A DNA stretch of 64,000 nucleotides from Abditibacterium sp. (GTDB taxonomy: Bacteria; Armatimonadota; Abditibacteriia; Abditibacteriales; Abditibacteriaceae): positions 864,001-928,000 of the forward strand of contig CBDASK010000003.1 in the NCBI GenBank assembly GCA_965199495.1, written 5' to 3'. The notes under the pieces were generated by a model. That model saw only the letters and a program-made list of their open reading frames with translations, did not search any database and had not been told where the DNA came from. The translations under genes were made by a program, and so were the position numbers. Positions 39,666 to 49,804 of this stretch are shown here, one piece after another (the stretch's first letter is position 1; each line of letters opens with the position of its first letter).

Positions 39666-40061
39666 TCAACTCAAATCCAAATAAGGATTCCACGCGATTT
39701 CCCATACGAAACCATCGGGATCGGCGAAAAATCCGTGATAGCCGCCCCAAAACGCGTCTTGCGCTGGTTTGAGGATTCGCGCGCCCGCGCGTTGCGCGAC
39801 TTCTAAAACCGCTTCGACTTCGGCTTTATCTTTCACGTTATGCGCGAGCGTGAATCCGCCAACGCCCGGCGCCGTGGCTGCATTGGCGTCACGGTTTAAT
39901 TCGTCGCGCGGAAACAGCGAAAGCCACGCGCCGCGCAACCGAAAAAACGTCACGCCCTCGAAATCGCCTTGCGTCGGAAAGCCCAAACCGTCGCGATAGA
40001 ATTGCGTCGAACGTTCCAAATCGGAAACGCCCAGCGTAATCATGCTGATATAAGGTTGCAT
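39666..40061 (-). CDS. VOC/glyoxalase-family protein
   Basis: ITLGVSDLERSTQFY..WGGYHGFFADPDGFVWEIAWNP. Confidence 0.9.
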   Translation of the reverse strand: MQPYISMITLGVSDLERSTQFYRDGLGFPTQGDFEGVTFFRLRGAWLSLFPRDELNRDANAATAPGVGGFTLAHNVKDKAEVEAVLEVAQRAGARILKPAQDAFWGGYHGFFADPDGFVWEIAWNPYLDLS

Positions 40062-40154
40062 CGTTAGAGTTTGACAGCAGGAAAGAACATCCTGCACGAT
40101 TTCGCGGCCCCACATCAATTCGCAAAACAAAAGCGTCTGTTCCAAAGTCATGGC

Positions 40155-40511
40155 TCATTCATAATGCGCGCACGCACGAACAACTTGGCCGCTTTCGTCG
40201 AAGAAAAATATTTCGGTCGCCAAAACGCCGCGCGCGCCTTGATAATAAATAATCAGACTGTTCACGCCGCGAAACACGGCGCGAAACTCGAAATGTAAAT
40301 CGGGCAATTTTTCCAAAGCCGCGCGCCAATACGCAGCCACGGCGGGCTTGCCGCGCAATTTTCCCGACGGCTCGCCCGTTATTGTCACGATATGCGGGCT
40401 GCTCATCTCGAAATCTGGGGCGTAGTGCGCCAAAACGCGGTCGAGATCGCGCGCGTTCCACGCCTCAATCCATTCGCGCGCCCACTGTTGCGCGGCGTCT
40501 TGATTCATCAT
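40155..40511 (-). CDS. SnoaL/NTF2-like protein
   Basis: WIEAWNARDLDRVLAHY..GKPAVAAYW. Confidence 0.85.
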   Translation of the reverse strand: MMNQDAAQQWAREWIEAWNARDLDRVLAHYAPDFEMSSPHIVTITGEPSGKLRGKPAVAAYWRAALEKLPDLHFEFRAVFRGVNSLIIYYQGARGVLATEIFFFDESGQVVRACAHYE

Positions 40512-40984
40512 GGCGCGATTCTCCATTGCTCGCTCAACTGCGCCATTGCCGCCGGATCGAAATGGTCTTGGTCGTCGCCCAGCAACGTTTGCAAATACGC
40601 GATCTGACCGCCGTGATGAATCACGTCCACGACAACGGCAGTGGAGATAAAATTGTTAGAAATCCCGTATTCGGCGGAGAAAATTTCGCCCAATTTCGCG
40701 GCGGACGCCGCGCGCAATGCCGACGTGAAACGCGCGCCGATTTCGGTCAGACTCTGCTGCGCTTCGTCGCCGTTGGCGACGGGCACGAAATCGCGCTTTT
40801 CTCCGTCCAGACTGTCGCAAACTCCATTAACGAAAGCCGCCAGATGATTGACGATTTCCAACGCCGACTTCGCTGTGGGCGCGGGTCTCCAATCGAGTTT
40901 GTCGGCGGGAAGTAGGCCGAAGTTGAAGATCAGATTTTTGAGGTTGCCCTCGAACAGCGTAATTAAAGTTTCTTTGTTAAGCAT
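40508..40984 (-). CDS. DinB-family protein
   Basis: DWRPAPTAKSALEIVNHL..IHHGGQIAYL. Confidence 0.8.
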   Translation of the reverse strand: MLNKETLITLFEGNLKNLIFNFGLLPADKLDWRPAPTAKSALEIVNHLAAFVNGVCDSLDGEKRDFVPVANGDEAQQSLTEIGARFTSALRAASAAKLGEIFSAEYGISNNFISTAVVVDVIHHGGQIAYLQTLLGDDQDHFDPAAMAQLSEQWRIAP

Positions 40985-41011
40985 TTTGGTTCCTTGATGA
41001 TGTGCCACTAA

Positions 41012-41302
41012 TTAACGGCTCTTAGTTAAGTTTGCCTCTCTATTCAAAATCGCGCTCGTCGCGCCCAGCGCCTGTGCCACGACGTGGCCGCGTCGGGGCG
41101 CCACGAAACTCTGGCCCGCGCGCAACACGAAATCGCGCGCCTCGCCGCTTTGCGTGAGCCAGATCACGCCGTGCCCGCAACGAACGCGCTCGCCCACGTT
41201 CAATTGCGCGCTCCAAACTTGGCGCGGTTGCAGCGTGATTTCGCGGCAATTGGCGCGGCAGATGCGTTGCGGCAACGCAAGGCGAAGCGGAAAAATGTTC
41301 AT
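41012..41302 (-). CDS. DUF2917-like protein
   Basis: C..GVIWLTQSGEARDFVLRAGQSF; divergent from a MocR regulator. Confidence 0.7.
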   Translation of the reverse strand: MNIFPLRLALPQRICRANCREITLQPRQVWSAQLNVGERVRCGHGVIWLTQSGEARDFVLRAGQSFVAPRRGHVVAQALGATSAILNREANLTKSR

Positions 41303-41469
41303 GGCACGACCTTGAGTTAGCGACAAATCGGCGCGCCATAACAGAGACAAAGCTGTCGTATTGTAACCGCAACAGTGAGAATTTTTGCGCGCTGTTCCGG
41401 TCGTTTACCGGCGCTTCTGTGCCTTAACTTGCCCTGAGGTTGGCGGTAACCTTTGTGGCGGAGGTTTTC

Positions 41470-42930
41470 ATGCAAGCCGTTCACGACGCCCCAATTTTCG
41501 AGGCAACCGACGAACATCTTTATCAGGGAATTGCGCGTGGCTTAATCGAAGCCATCGAATGCGGCGCGCTGGCCGTCGGGCAAAAAACGCCCTCGGTGCG
41601 CCAGATGGCCGCGCAAAAAACCGTGAGCATTTCGACGGTGTTGCAGGCTTACCGTACGCTCGAAGACGGCGGCTGGATCGAGGCGCGCCCGCAGTCGGGC
41701 TACTTCGTGCGCCACCGCATTTCGGCGCCGCCCGAACCCGAAGCGCCGTCCTGCGATCCGCTCGCGGCGGCGACCGCAATCAGCACTTGCGCTCTGGTCG
41801 AACAGGTTTTGCGCGCCACCAACGATCCGAATTTGTTGAGTCTCAGCGTCGCGGTGCCCGACCCGCAACTGTTGCCCACGCGCGCCATTGAGCGCGCGAT
41901 GGCAGCGGTTTTGCGTCACAATTCCGGCAGCAGCGCGCGCTACGATATGGTGCCGGGCTGCCTCGAACTGCGCGCCGAAATCGCGCGGCGTAGCGTCGCA
42001 TCGGGCTGCACCTTTTCGCCCGATGACATCGTTCTCACATCGGGCGCGACCGAAGCCGTCAACCTCTGTTTGCGCGCCGTCACTCAACCCGGCGACGCCG
42101 TAGTTTTGGAATCGCCGACCTATTTTGGCTCGCTGCAAGTTTTGGAGTCGCTCGGCTTGCGCGCGCTCGAACTGCCGACGCATCCGCGCGAAGGTCTGTC
42201 GCTCGAAGCCCTGGAAGTGGCGCTGGAAAGCCACGAAATTAAGGCGTGTTTATTAATGCCAAATTTGTCCAATCCGCTCGGCTCGACGATGCCCGACGCG
42301 CGCAAAAAACGCTTGGTCGAAATGTTGGCTGCGCGCGAAATCCCGCTAATCGAAGACGATACTTACGGCGATTTGAGTTTCGCTGGGGCGCGTCCCTGCG
42401 CCGCCAAAGCGTTCGACGCGAGCGGCAACGTGATGCTCTGCTCGACGTTTTCCAAAACTCTGGGGCCGGGACTGCGCGCGGGCTGGGTCGCGGCGGGCCG
42501 TTATCAGGGCGTAATCGAGTGGCTCAAAGTGACGAGCAGCATGGCCAATGCCAGTCTGCCGTCGCTGGCCGTCGCCGAGTTTTTGCGCGGCGGCGGTTAC
42601 GATCATTATCTGCGCCGCACGCGAAAAATTTATGCGGCGCAACTCGAAAAAATGAGCGAAGCCGTCGCGCACTATTTCCCCGCCGGAACCAAACTAACGC
42701 GACCCGGCGGCAGCTTTTTGTTGTGGGCCGAACTGACGCCACAGATTGACACACTCCAACTTTTTTTCGCCGCGCTCGAAGAAAAAATTTCTATCGCGCC
42801 GGGCCGCCTGTTTTCGGCGCGCGACAAATTCCCGCACTGCCTGAGATTGAGCGCGGGCGTGCCGTGGAACGCCGAGGTCGAACGCGCCGTGCAAACGCTG
42901 GGGCGTCTGGCGCACCGGCAAATGAGCTGA
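41470..42930 (+). CDS. MocR/GntR PLP-dependent transcriptional regulator
   Basis: wHTH (PSVRQMA..STVLQAY..LE..G.IEARPQSGYFV) fused to an aminotransferase domain (FSKTLGPG). Confidence 0.92.
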   Translation: MQAVHDAPIFEATDEHLYQGIARGLIEAIECGALAVGQKTPSVRQMAAQKTVSISTVLQAYRTLEDGGWIEARPQSGYFVRHRISAPPEPEAPSCDPLAAATAISTCALVEQVLRATNDPNLLSLSVAVPDPQLLPTRAIERAMAAVLRHNSGSSARYDMVPGCLELRAEIARRSVASGCTFSPDDIVLTSGATEAVNLCLRAVTQPGDAVVLESPTYFGSLQVLESLGLRALELPTHPREGLSLEALEVALESHEIKACLLMPNLSNPLGSTMPDARKKRLVEMLAAREIPLIEDDTYGDLSFAGARPCAAKAFDASGNVMLCSTFSKTLGPGLRAGWVAAGRYQGVIEWLKVTSSMANASLPSLAVAEFLRGGGYDHYLRRTRKIYAAQLEKMSEAVAHYFPAGTKLTRPGGSFLLWAELTPQIDTLQLFFAALEEKISIAPGRLFSARDKFPHCLRLSAGVPWNAEVERAVQTLGRLAHRQMS

Positions 42931-42947
42931 CAGACTCTCAGAAAAAT

Positions 42948-43948
42948 ATGGATTTATCGCTCATTCCCGAACCGCACCGCGCCGCAGCCACGCGCGCTTT
43001 GTGCGCGGCGTTTAGCGCCCATAAAATCGAGAATATCGCTCCGCTTGCGGGCGGCTATTCGGGCGCGCTACTCTATCGCGTCGGCGTGGCTGCATCTGCA
43101 CAGGACGCCGTGCTGCGCATTATCACGCGCGTGGATGCTTTTAACGATCCGGTGCGCCAATACGCCTGTCAAAACATCGCGGCGCAGGCGAACATCGCGC
43201 CGCGCGTGCTTTACTCCGATGCCGCCGACGCGATTTCGATTACGGAATGGGTGGAAGCCGCGCCATTTTCCGGCTCAATTGAAGCGCGCTTAAACGAACT
43301 GGCGCGCACCATCCGCGCGATTCAGGCGACGCCGCTTTTTCCGCCGCTTGTTGATTATCTCGACGGCATTGACGGTTTCATCGCCAATTTCCACGCGTCC
43401 GGTTTGTTGCCTACAAGCGCAACCAAATCGCACTTCGCGCTTTACGCGCACATCCAGCGCGCCTATCCGCGTCACACGAATGATTTGGTTTCGAGCCACA
43501 ACGACTTCAACCCGAACAACTTGATTTTCGACGGCGATAATTTTGGGTTGTTGACTGGGAAACCGCGTTTGCCAACGACCGCTACGTGGACTTGGCGACG
43601 GCCTTCAACTTTTCGCACGCCTCCGATGAAGCCGAAGAATTCACTCTGCGCGCCTATTTCGCCGCCGAGCCGACGCCCCATCAACGCGCGCGCTTTTTCC
43701 TGATGCGCCAGATTTGTTTGATGTTTTACGCGATGGTGCATTTTCAACTCGTGTCAGCGCGCAAGACGCCCGCGTTGGCGCTCGACCCCAGCATGGAAAC
43801 GCCGACGGTAGAACAGTTTCACCAGAGCGACGTTGATTTTTCTTCCATCGAAGGCAAATGGCTTTACGCCAAAACCTGCTTGAATCAGGCGTTGCGTAAC
43901 ATGGAAAGCGCGCGCTTTGCGCCCGCCATTGAAGCGATGAACGCTTAA
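42948..43948 (+). pseudogene. APH/choline-kinase-like phosphotransferase, frameshifted near 43540
   Basis: SHNDFNPNNLIFDGD in one frame and FWVVDWETAFANDRYVDLA in the next; 1-nt loss at AA-TTTT. Confidence 0.75.
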
Positions 43949-43953
43949 AAATT

Positions 43954-44505
43954 ATGAACCAAAATCCCCACCTTCCGCCCATCGAACAGTCCGACGACCC
44001 GCGCGTGCAAGCGATTTTCGCGCGCTGGCAACGGCTCTACGGCAAAGTCTCGACTGTCGCCCAAGTCATCTACGCCCGCGCGCCGCAGTTCGCGACTTTG
44101 GCCGGGCACATGAACGAAACGCAGGAAACTTTGTCGCTCGAACCCGAACTGTGTTTGTTGATTCAAATGCAAGCCTCGCAACTCAATGGTTGCGCGTTTT
44201 GCGTGGATTTGACGCTCGCCCGCGCGCTGCAACAAAGCATCGGCATTGAACGATTCCGCGATTTGGAAAACTTCCGCGACAGCGATGCCTTTTCGCCGCG
44301 CGAAAAAGCCGCGCTCGCGTTTTGCGACGAAGCCACGCGCAACCGCAAAGTGGGCGCGGCGACGTGGCTGGAAGTCAAAGCGCAGTTCAGCGACACCGAA
44401 ATCGTCGAGTTGACGTGGCTCAACGCGATGGAAAATTACTACAATTTACAAGCGGGCGTGCTGGGCATCGAGTCGGACGAATTAGCGCAAGCCGTGGCGA
44501 AATGA
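43954..44505 (+). CDS. AhpD/carboxymuconolactone decarboxylase-family protein
   Basis: SQLNGCAFCVD and FSPREKAAL. Confidence 0.85.
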   Translation: MNQNPHLPPIEQSDDPRVQAIFARWQRLYGKVSTVAQVIYARAPQFATLAGHMNETQETLSLEPELCLLIQMQASQLNGCAFCVDLTLARALQQSIGIERFRDLENFRDSDAFSPREKAALAFCDEATRNRKVGAATWLEVKAQFSDTEIVELTWLNAMENYYNLQAGVLGIESDELAQAVAK

Positions 44506-45062
44506 CAACTCACATCGCGCTTTTACGCGGCATCAATGTCGGCGGGCATCGCGTCAAAATGGAGCGTTTACGCGTCTTGTTGGGCGAGTTGGAATTGCGC
44601 AACATTCACAGTTTCATTCAAAGCGGCAACATCTTTTTCGAGACGGATGCGCCCGATGTGGCGGCATTGACGACGCATATCGAAACGCATCTGGAAGCGA
44701 ATTTGGGTTACGCGGTGCCAACGTTTTTGCGAACGCCAAGCGAACTAAATCAAGCATTATCGCCCAATCCGTTCGCGCAAATCGAAGTCACGCCCGAAAC
44801 GCGATTGCTGATTGTCTTCACCAACAGCGCGCCACTCGATGCAGCCACGCCGCCGCGCTTGCCCGATGGCGAAATGAAAATAGTGAAAATTACGTCCAGC
44901 GAGATTTTCGTGGTTTATCGTTTGAACAACAAACGCCCGCCCGACATGGCTGCGTTTCTGAAACGAACGATGAATTTGCCGCCGCACGCGACGACGACGC
45001 GGTTTTATGAGACGACGCTCAAAATGCTGCGCGCCGCTCAAGCCACTGAAACCGCGCCGTAG
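44502..45062 (+). CDS. DUF1697-family protein
   Basis: IALLRGINVGG..IQSGNIFF. Confidence 0.85.
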   Translation: MTTHIALLRGINVGGHRVKMERLRVLLGELELRNIHSFIQSGNIFFETDAPDVAALTTHIETHLEANLGYAVPTFLRTPSELNQALSPNPFAQIEVTPETRLLIVFTNSAPLDAATPPRLPDGEMKIVKITSSEIFVVYRLNNKRPPDMAAFLKRTMNLPPHATTTRFYETTLKMLRAAQATETAP

Positions 45063-45147
45063 CCGCGCGAAAGCGCTGTGGAGGCCGCCGCTTTTTTCAC
45101 GAGTGCGCGGATTTTTGCTGCTTCGGTGAAAAATTTTCATTTATGGC

Positions 45148-45206
45148 TTGACGGCGCACGCGAGATAGATTATATTTTACCTTATGGTTAATTAACCATA
45201 AGGTAA
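45148..45206 (+). promoter_or_regulatory. sigma70 promoter with overlapping 30-bp palindromic ArsR-type operator
   Basis: TTGACG-N17-TATATT, then the perfect palindrome TTACCTTATGGTTAATTAACCATAAGGTAA (45177-45206) just before the arsR-type ATG. Confidence 0.8.
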
Positions 45207-45209
45207 ATC

Positions 45210-45566
45210 ATGTCGTCGGAGCAATTGGATGGGATATTTGGCGCGTTGGCCGATTCGACTCGCCGCGCGATTTTGGAGCGCTTGGCGCGGGGCGAGGCTT
45301 CGGTGAAGGAATTATCGGAGCCGTTTGCGATGAGTGCGCCAGCCATCACCAAGCATTTGAAGGTGTTGGAAAACGCCGGTTTGATTTCGCGCAGTCGAGA
45401 GGGCCAGTGGCGTCCCTGCCGCCTCGAAGCCGAGCCGTTGCGCGAAGCCTGCGAATGGGTCGAGCAATATCGCCAGTTCTGGGAAGAGAGTTTCGACCGT
45501 TTGGACGATTACCTCAAGGAATTGCAAAACCAAAACAAGGAGAAAACAGATGACAACAGCCAGTGA
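45210..45566 (+). CDS. ArsR/SmtB-family regulator
   Basis: FGALADSTRRAIL..KHLKVLENAGLISR. Confidence 0.92.
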   Translation: MSSEQLDGIFGALADSTRRAILERLARGEASVKELSEPFAMSAPAITKHLKVLENAGLISRSREGQWRPCRLEAEPLREACEWVEQYRQFWEESFDRLDDYLKELQNQNKEKTDDNSQ

Positions 45567-46035
45567 AACCGTCGCGTCTGCGGCTCAGGAACTCGTGATA
45601 GAACGCGTTTTCGATGCACCGCGCGAATTGGTGTGGCGGGCATGGACGGAACCGCAACAGCTCGCTTGCTGGTGCGCGCCGCACGAGTTCACTATCACGC
45701 ACTGCGCAGGTGAAGCGCGTGCCGGTGGCTCGTGGCGAACCTGCATGGTTTCGCCCGAAGGTTTGGAACATTGGGTCGGCGGCATTTACCGCGAAGTCGC
45801 GCCGGTCGAGCGCCTCGTTTTCACGCACCAGTGGGACGACAGAGACGGCCAGTCCAGCCCGGAAACGTTGGTAACGCTCACGTTCTTCGAGCAAGGCGCG
45901 AAAACGCGGCTTCATTTTCTCCAACAAAATTTGGCTTCGCCGTCTTCGCGCGCTGGCCACGAGATCGGTTGGAGCGAGAGCTTCGAGCGCTTGAACGAAC
46001 ATTTGCATCGCGTTCAAGACACCAGAAAAGGGTAG
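45550..46035 (+). CDS. SRPBCC/AHSA1-like protein
   Basis: RVFDAPRELVWRAWT..GW.ESFERL. Confidence 0.88.
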   Translation: MTTASETVASAAQELVIERVFDAPRELVWRAWTEPQQLACWCAPHEFTITHCAGEARAGGSWRTCMVSPEGLEHWVGGIYREVAPVERLVFTHQWDDRDGQSSPETLVTLTFFEQGAKTRLHFLQQNLASPSSRAGHEIGWSESFERLNEHLHRVQDTRKG

Positions 46036-46217
46036 TGGCTCAATGGGGTTAGGTGACTTGTCATTCTGAGCGGAGTGAGGAACGAACGAAGTCGAAGAAT
46101 CCATAAAAGGGAGTCGAGATGAAAGCGAAGTCAACGTGCGACCTGTGGATTCTTCGACTTCGTTCGTTCCTCACTCCGCTCAGAATGACAAGTCACCTAA
46201 CCCCATTGAGCCACTAC
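46032..46217. repeat. Long perfect inverted repeat (72-bp arms, 42-nt spacer) with a TGTCATTCTGAGCG...GTCGAAGAATC core
   Basis: 46032-46103 is the reverse complement of 46146-46217; the arm starts at the upstream stop codon (GTAG). Confidence 0.9.
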
Positions 46218-46259
46218 TCCAGAAAAACATAGAAAACAAACGGAAATTTCAAGAAAACA

Positions 46260-46730
46260 ATGTCAAAAATTACCCCATTTTTATGGTTCGACAATCAAGC
46301 GGAAGAGGCAATGAATTTTTATTGCTCGATCTTCCCCAACTCCAAAGCCGACCCGGTTTCGCGCACCGGCGAAGGCGCGCCGTTGCCTGCGGGCGCCATC
46401 GTTTCGGTGAACTTTGAACTCGACGGCCAACCGTTCATCGCGTTCAACGGCGGCCCCATGCACACGTTCACGCCCGCGATTTCGCTTTTCGTTTCGTGCC
46501 AGACGCAGGATGAAGTGGACGATTTGTGGAACAAGCTATCGCAGGGCGGCGAAGAAGGGCCGTGTGGTTGGTTGCGCGACAAGTTCGGCGTGTCGTGGCA
46601 AATCATTCCCACCGCGCTGGGCGAACTGTTGGGCGATCCCGACAAAGAGAAATCGAACCACGTTTTGAACGCGATGTTGCAAATGCAGAAAATCAATATC
46701 GCACAATTGCAAGAGGCGCATAGCCGCTAA
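46260..46730 (+). CDS. VOC PhnB-like (3-demethylubiquinone-9 3-methyltransferase family) protein
   Basis: KITPFLWFDNQAEEA..CGWLRDKFGVSWQI. Confidence 0.88.
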   Translation: MSKITPFLWFDNQAEEAMNFYCSIFPNSKADPVSRTGEGAPLPAGAIVSVNFELDGQPFIAFNGGPMHTFTPAISLFVSCQTQDEVDDLWNKLSQGGEEGPCGWLRDKFGVSWQIIPTALGELLGDPDKEKSNHVLNAMLQMQKINIAQLQEAHSR

Positions 46731-46748
46731 CCCAGAACATTCTCAATC

Positions 46749-47636
46749 ATGCAAATTCAGCCTTATCTCCAATTCAATGGCCGTTGCGAAGAAGCGGTCA
46801 ACTTTTACCAGAGTGCGCTTGGCGCGCAAGTTCTCACGCTGTTGCGTTTCAAAGATATGCCCGACAACAGCGAAATCACCATGCCCGCCGAGCAGGTCAT
46901 GCACGCCAGCCTGCTCATCGGCGACAGCACGTTGATGGCGACAGATGGCGGCTTTCAGAGCGACGAAGGCTTTAAAGGTTTTTCGCTCACGCTCGACGTG
47001 GCTGATGCAGACGAAGCGCACCAAAAGTTCGCGGCTCTCGCGGACGGCGGGCGGGTGCAAATGCCGTTGTCGGCTCATTTTTTCTCGTCCTGCTTTGGCA
47101 TTGTCACCGACCGTTTCGGCATCGCGTGGAACATCACCGTGCCGCTGGAAAATCATATCTTCCTCACGCGCGTTTTCGATGCACCGCGTGAACTGGTGTG
47201 GAAAGCGTGGAGCAACGCCGAAGCTCTGGCGCAGTGGTGGGGGCCGAAAGGCTGCGCCACGCGCGTCGAAAAACTGGATTTTCGTCCGGGCGGCGTTTTT
47301 CACTACGCGATGCAAACGCCCGATGGCGAATTCTGGGGCAAGTTTGTCTACCGCGACATCGAGCCACCGGAACACCTTTCTTTCCTGCTGTCGTTCGCCG
47401 ATGCCCAAGGCAACATCGTGCGCGCGCCCTTTAGCGACACCCATCCGCTCGAAATCCTCAGCGATGTGACGTTCACCGAACAGGACGGCAAAACCACCAT
47501 CACGATGCGGGGCGGCCCCTTCAACGCGACGCAGGAAGAGCGCGAAAGCTACGCCGCCATTCTGACCGATATGCGGGAAGGCACCAATTCCACCTTCGAT
47601 AACCTCGCCGAATATCTGGCTAAAACGCAAGCGTAA
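46749..47636 (+). CDS. PhnB-like VOC + SRPBCC fusion protein
   Basis: PYLQFNGRCEEA..DRFGIAW, followed by TRVFDAPRELVWKAW..WWGPKG. Confidence 0.8.
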   Translation: MQIQPYLQFNGRCEEAVNFYQSALGAQVLTLLRFKDMPDNSEITMPAEQVMHASLLIGDSTLMATDGGFQSDEGFKGFSLTLDVADADEAHQKFAALADGGRVQMPLSAHFFSSCFGIVTDRFGIAWNITVPLENHIFLTRVFDAPRELVWKAWSNAEALAQWWGPKGCATRVEKLDFRPGGVFHYAMQTPDGEFWGKFVYRDIEPPEHLSFLLSFADAQGNIVRAPFSDTHPLEILSDVTFTEQDGKTTITMRGGPFNATQEERESYAAILTDMREGTNSTFDNLAEYLAKTQA

Positions 47637-47728
47637 ATCAACTTCATTGGAGCGGCAAGAAGTGCGGATACACAAAAAATATCCGCACTTCTTGCCGACT
47701 AAAACCTAATCTGTCACTCTTGACTTCC

Positions 47729-48187
47729 ATGAATCTGCAAACTTTTCTCTCCACCTCGATCCCCAAAGCCGCCGCCGATCTCGAAACCGCGCTTTTGCGT
47801 TTGCCCGCCGACAAACGCAATTGGAGCGCGGGCGGCGACGCGCGTAGCGCGCTCAATATGGTCGCCGAAGTCGCGCTTCTGAACGGCGACACCGCCGAAA
47901 TGATCGAAAATCGTCGGGGCATGGCGAACCTCGATTTGGGCGAACTCAACCGGCGCATCGCCGAACTCACGGGCGATTGGCCCGCGCTGCAAACGTTGTT
48001 GCACAGCAACACGGCGCGCGTGGCTGCGGTTGTCGGCGCGCTTTCGGATGATGATTTCGACGCCGAAATCCAAATGCCGTGGGGCGCGATGACAATTGCG
48101 CAAATCGCGGCTTATCCGTATTGGAACGCCTGTTATCACGAGGGCCAAATCAACTTCATCGCTTCGCTGCTGGGCTGTTTGAAATGA
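47729..48187 (+). CDS. DinB-like protein
   Basis: ARSALNMVAE..YHEGQINFI. Confidence 0.7.
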   Translation: MNLQTFLSTSIPKAAADLETALLRLPADKRNWSAGGDARSALNMVAEVALLNGDTAEMIENRRGMANLDLGELNRRIAELTGDWPALQTLLHSNTARVAAVVGALSDDDFDAEIQMPWGAMTIAQIAAYPYWNACYHEGQINFIASLLGCLK

Positions 48188-48672
48188 CGCAATTTTTCGC
48201 GCGCCTGACGCGCTACAATCGCTGGATGAACCAGCGATTGATGCAGACCTGTTCGCAACTTTCCGACGAAGAGCGCCAACAGCATCGCGGCGCGCCGTTT
48301 GGCTCGATTCACGGTTTGTGGAATCATCTGCTGGTTTGCGACCGCTTATGGCTCGCGCGTTTTGCTGGGGCGCCGATGCCCTATTCGCGTTTGGACGAAG
48401 AAATTTGTGCCGATTGGGACGAATTTATGAAACAACGCGCGCTCACCGACGACGCGATTGACGCTTATATTTCTGCGCTTACGCCGGAATACTTGGATTC
48501 GACGTTACATTTTGTTTCGGTTTCCAATCCGCAGCCACGCCAACTGCCTTTGTGGGTCGCGGTGCAGCATTTGTTCAATCATCAGACGCATCATCGCGGG
48601 CAAATTACGGCGCTGATGGAGCAAGCCGGATTGGATTGCGGCGTCACCGATTTGGCGGCGATGCCAGACTAA
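48184..48672 (+). CDS. DinB-family protein
   Basis: YNRWMN, FGSIHGLWNHL and HLFNHQTHHRGQ. Confidence 0.9.
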   Translation: MTQFFARLTRYNRWMNQRLMQTCSQLSDEERQQHRGAPFGSIHGLWNHLLVCDRLWLARFAGAPMPYSRLDEEICADWDEFMKQRALTDDAIDAYISALTPEYLDSTLHFVSVSNPQPRQLPLWVAVQHLFNHQTHHRGQITALMEQAGLDCGVTDLAAMPD

Positions 48673-48677
48673 TTTTC

Positions 48678-49253
48678 ATGTTTGTCGAATCGCTCGTTGG
48701 CTCGCGCGTCGAATTGCGGTTACTGCGCCGCGATGACGCCGACGCGCTCGCCGTGGTTGCAAGCGACGGCGAGTTGTGGAATTTGCCTTTTACCGTCGTG
48801 CCCAACGCGCAAACCGTTGACGCTTACCTCGAAACCGCGCTCGCCGGACAAAGCGCCGGAACCGTCGCGCCGTTTGCGATTTGTCTGCGCGCAAGCGGAG
48901 AGATCGTCGGTTCGACACGGTTTTGGAAAATGGATTTTCAAAATCGCAAACTCGAAATCGGTCATACGTGGATCGCGCGTTCTTGGCAACGCACGTTCGT
49001 CAACACCGAGATTAAGTATTTGATGCTCAGTTGGGCATTCGAGGAGATGAAATGTATCCGAGTGCAGTTCACGACCGACGAACGCAACGCCGCCTCGCGC
49101 GCGGCGATATTGCGTTTGGGCGCGCGCGAAGAAGGCATCATTCGCCACGAACGGATTATGCCTGATGGACACAAACGCAACGCGTTTCGTTTCAGCATCT
49201 TGGACGACGAATGGCCCGATGTCAAACGAAATTTGCAACGAAAACTGGATTAG
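48678..49253 (+). CDS. GNAT N-acetyltransferase (RimJ/RimL-like)
   Basis: LEIGHTWI..VNTEIKYLML..N.ASRAAILRLGA. Confidence 0.88.
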   Translation: MFVESLVGSRVELRLLRRDDADALAVVASDGELWNLPFTVVPNAQTVDAYLETALAGQSAGTVAPFAICLRASGEIVGSTRFWKMDFQNRKLEIGHTWIARSWQRTFVNTEIKYLMLSWAFEEMKCIRVQFTTDERNAASRAAILRLGAREEGIIRHERIMPDGHKRNAFRFSILDDEWPDVKRNLQRKLD

Positions 49254-49306
49254 ATGGCGAATACCGCGTGGAACATTTGCAGGTCGCTTGTGGTCTGAGT
49301 TTCATC

Positions 49307-49804
49307 ATGCGAAATCAACAATTCAAAGCCGCCGCCAGCCTGATATTTTTGGGCGCTGGCGCCGCGCTGCTCTGGAATTTTCGCGCGCGCGCGGGCGCCA
49401 ACGCCAATCCACCAAAACCCACCGTAACCATCGTCGTCTTGGGCCAGCCATTTGAAGTCGAAATTGGTAAAAGCACAGCGATTCCCTCTGAGAAACTCGA
49501 TGTCAGCTTCGAGCGCGTGACCGAAGATTCGCGCTGTCCCAAAGATATGGATTGTTACTGGGCCGGACAAATCAGCGTCGTCGTCGGACTAAAAAAGGCC
49601 GGTAAAAAATTAGGCACCGCCTTACTGACGGTGCAAGGCAGCCGTTACGTGACACCGAAATCTATCGGCAAGATTGGGCCCTATTGGGTCAAACTTACGG
49701 AAGTCTCGCCCGAAAAAGGGCCGCAAAACGCGCCGGGCACGGCCAAACTTATCACGCTCGTTGTGCAAAATAAACCGTTTGCCGCGCCCAAAAATGGAAA
49801 ATGA
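49307..49804 (+). CDS. Secreted hypothetical protein
   Basis: Signal-like N-terminus; EDSRCPKDMDCYWAG motif. Confidence 0.7.
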   Translation: MRNQQFKAAASLIFLGAGAALLWNFRARAGANANPPKPTVTIVVLGQPFEVEIGKSTAIPSEKLDVSFERVTEDSRCPKDMDCYWAGQISVVVGLKKAGKKLGTALLTVQGSRYVTPKSIGKIGPYWVKLTEVSPEKGPQNAPGTAKLITLVVQNKPFAAPKNGK

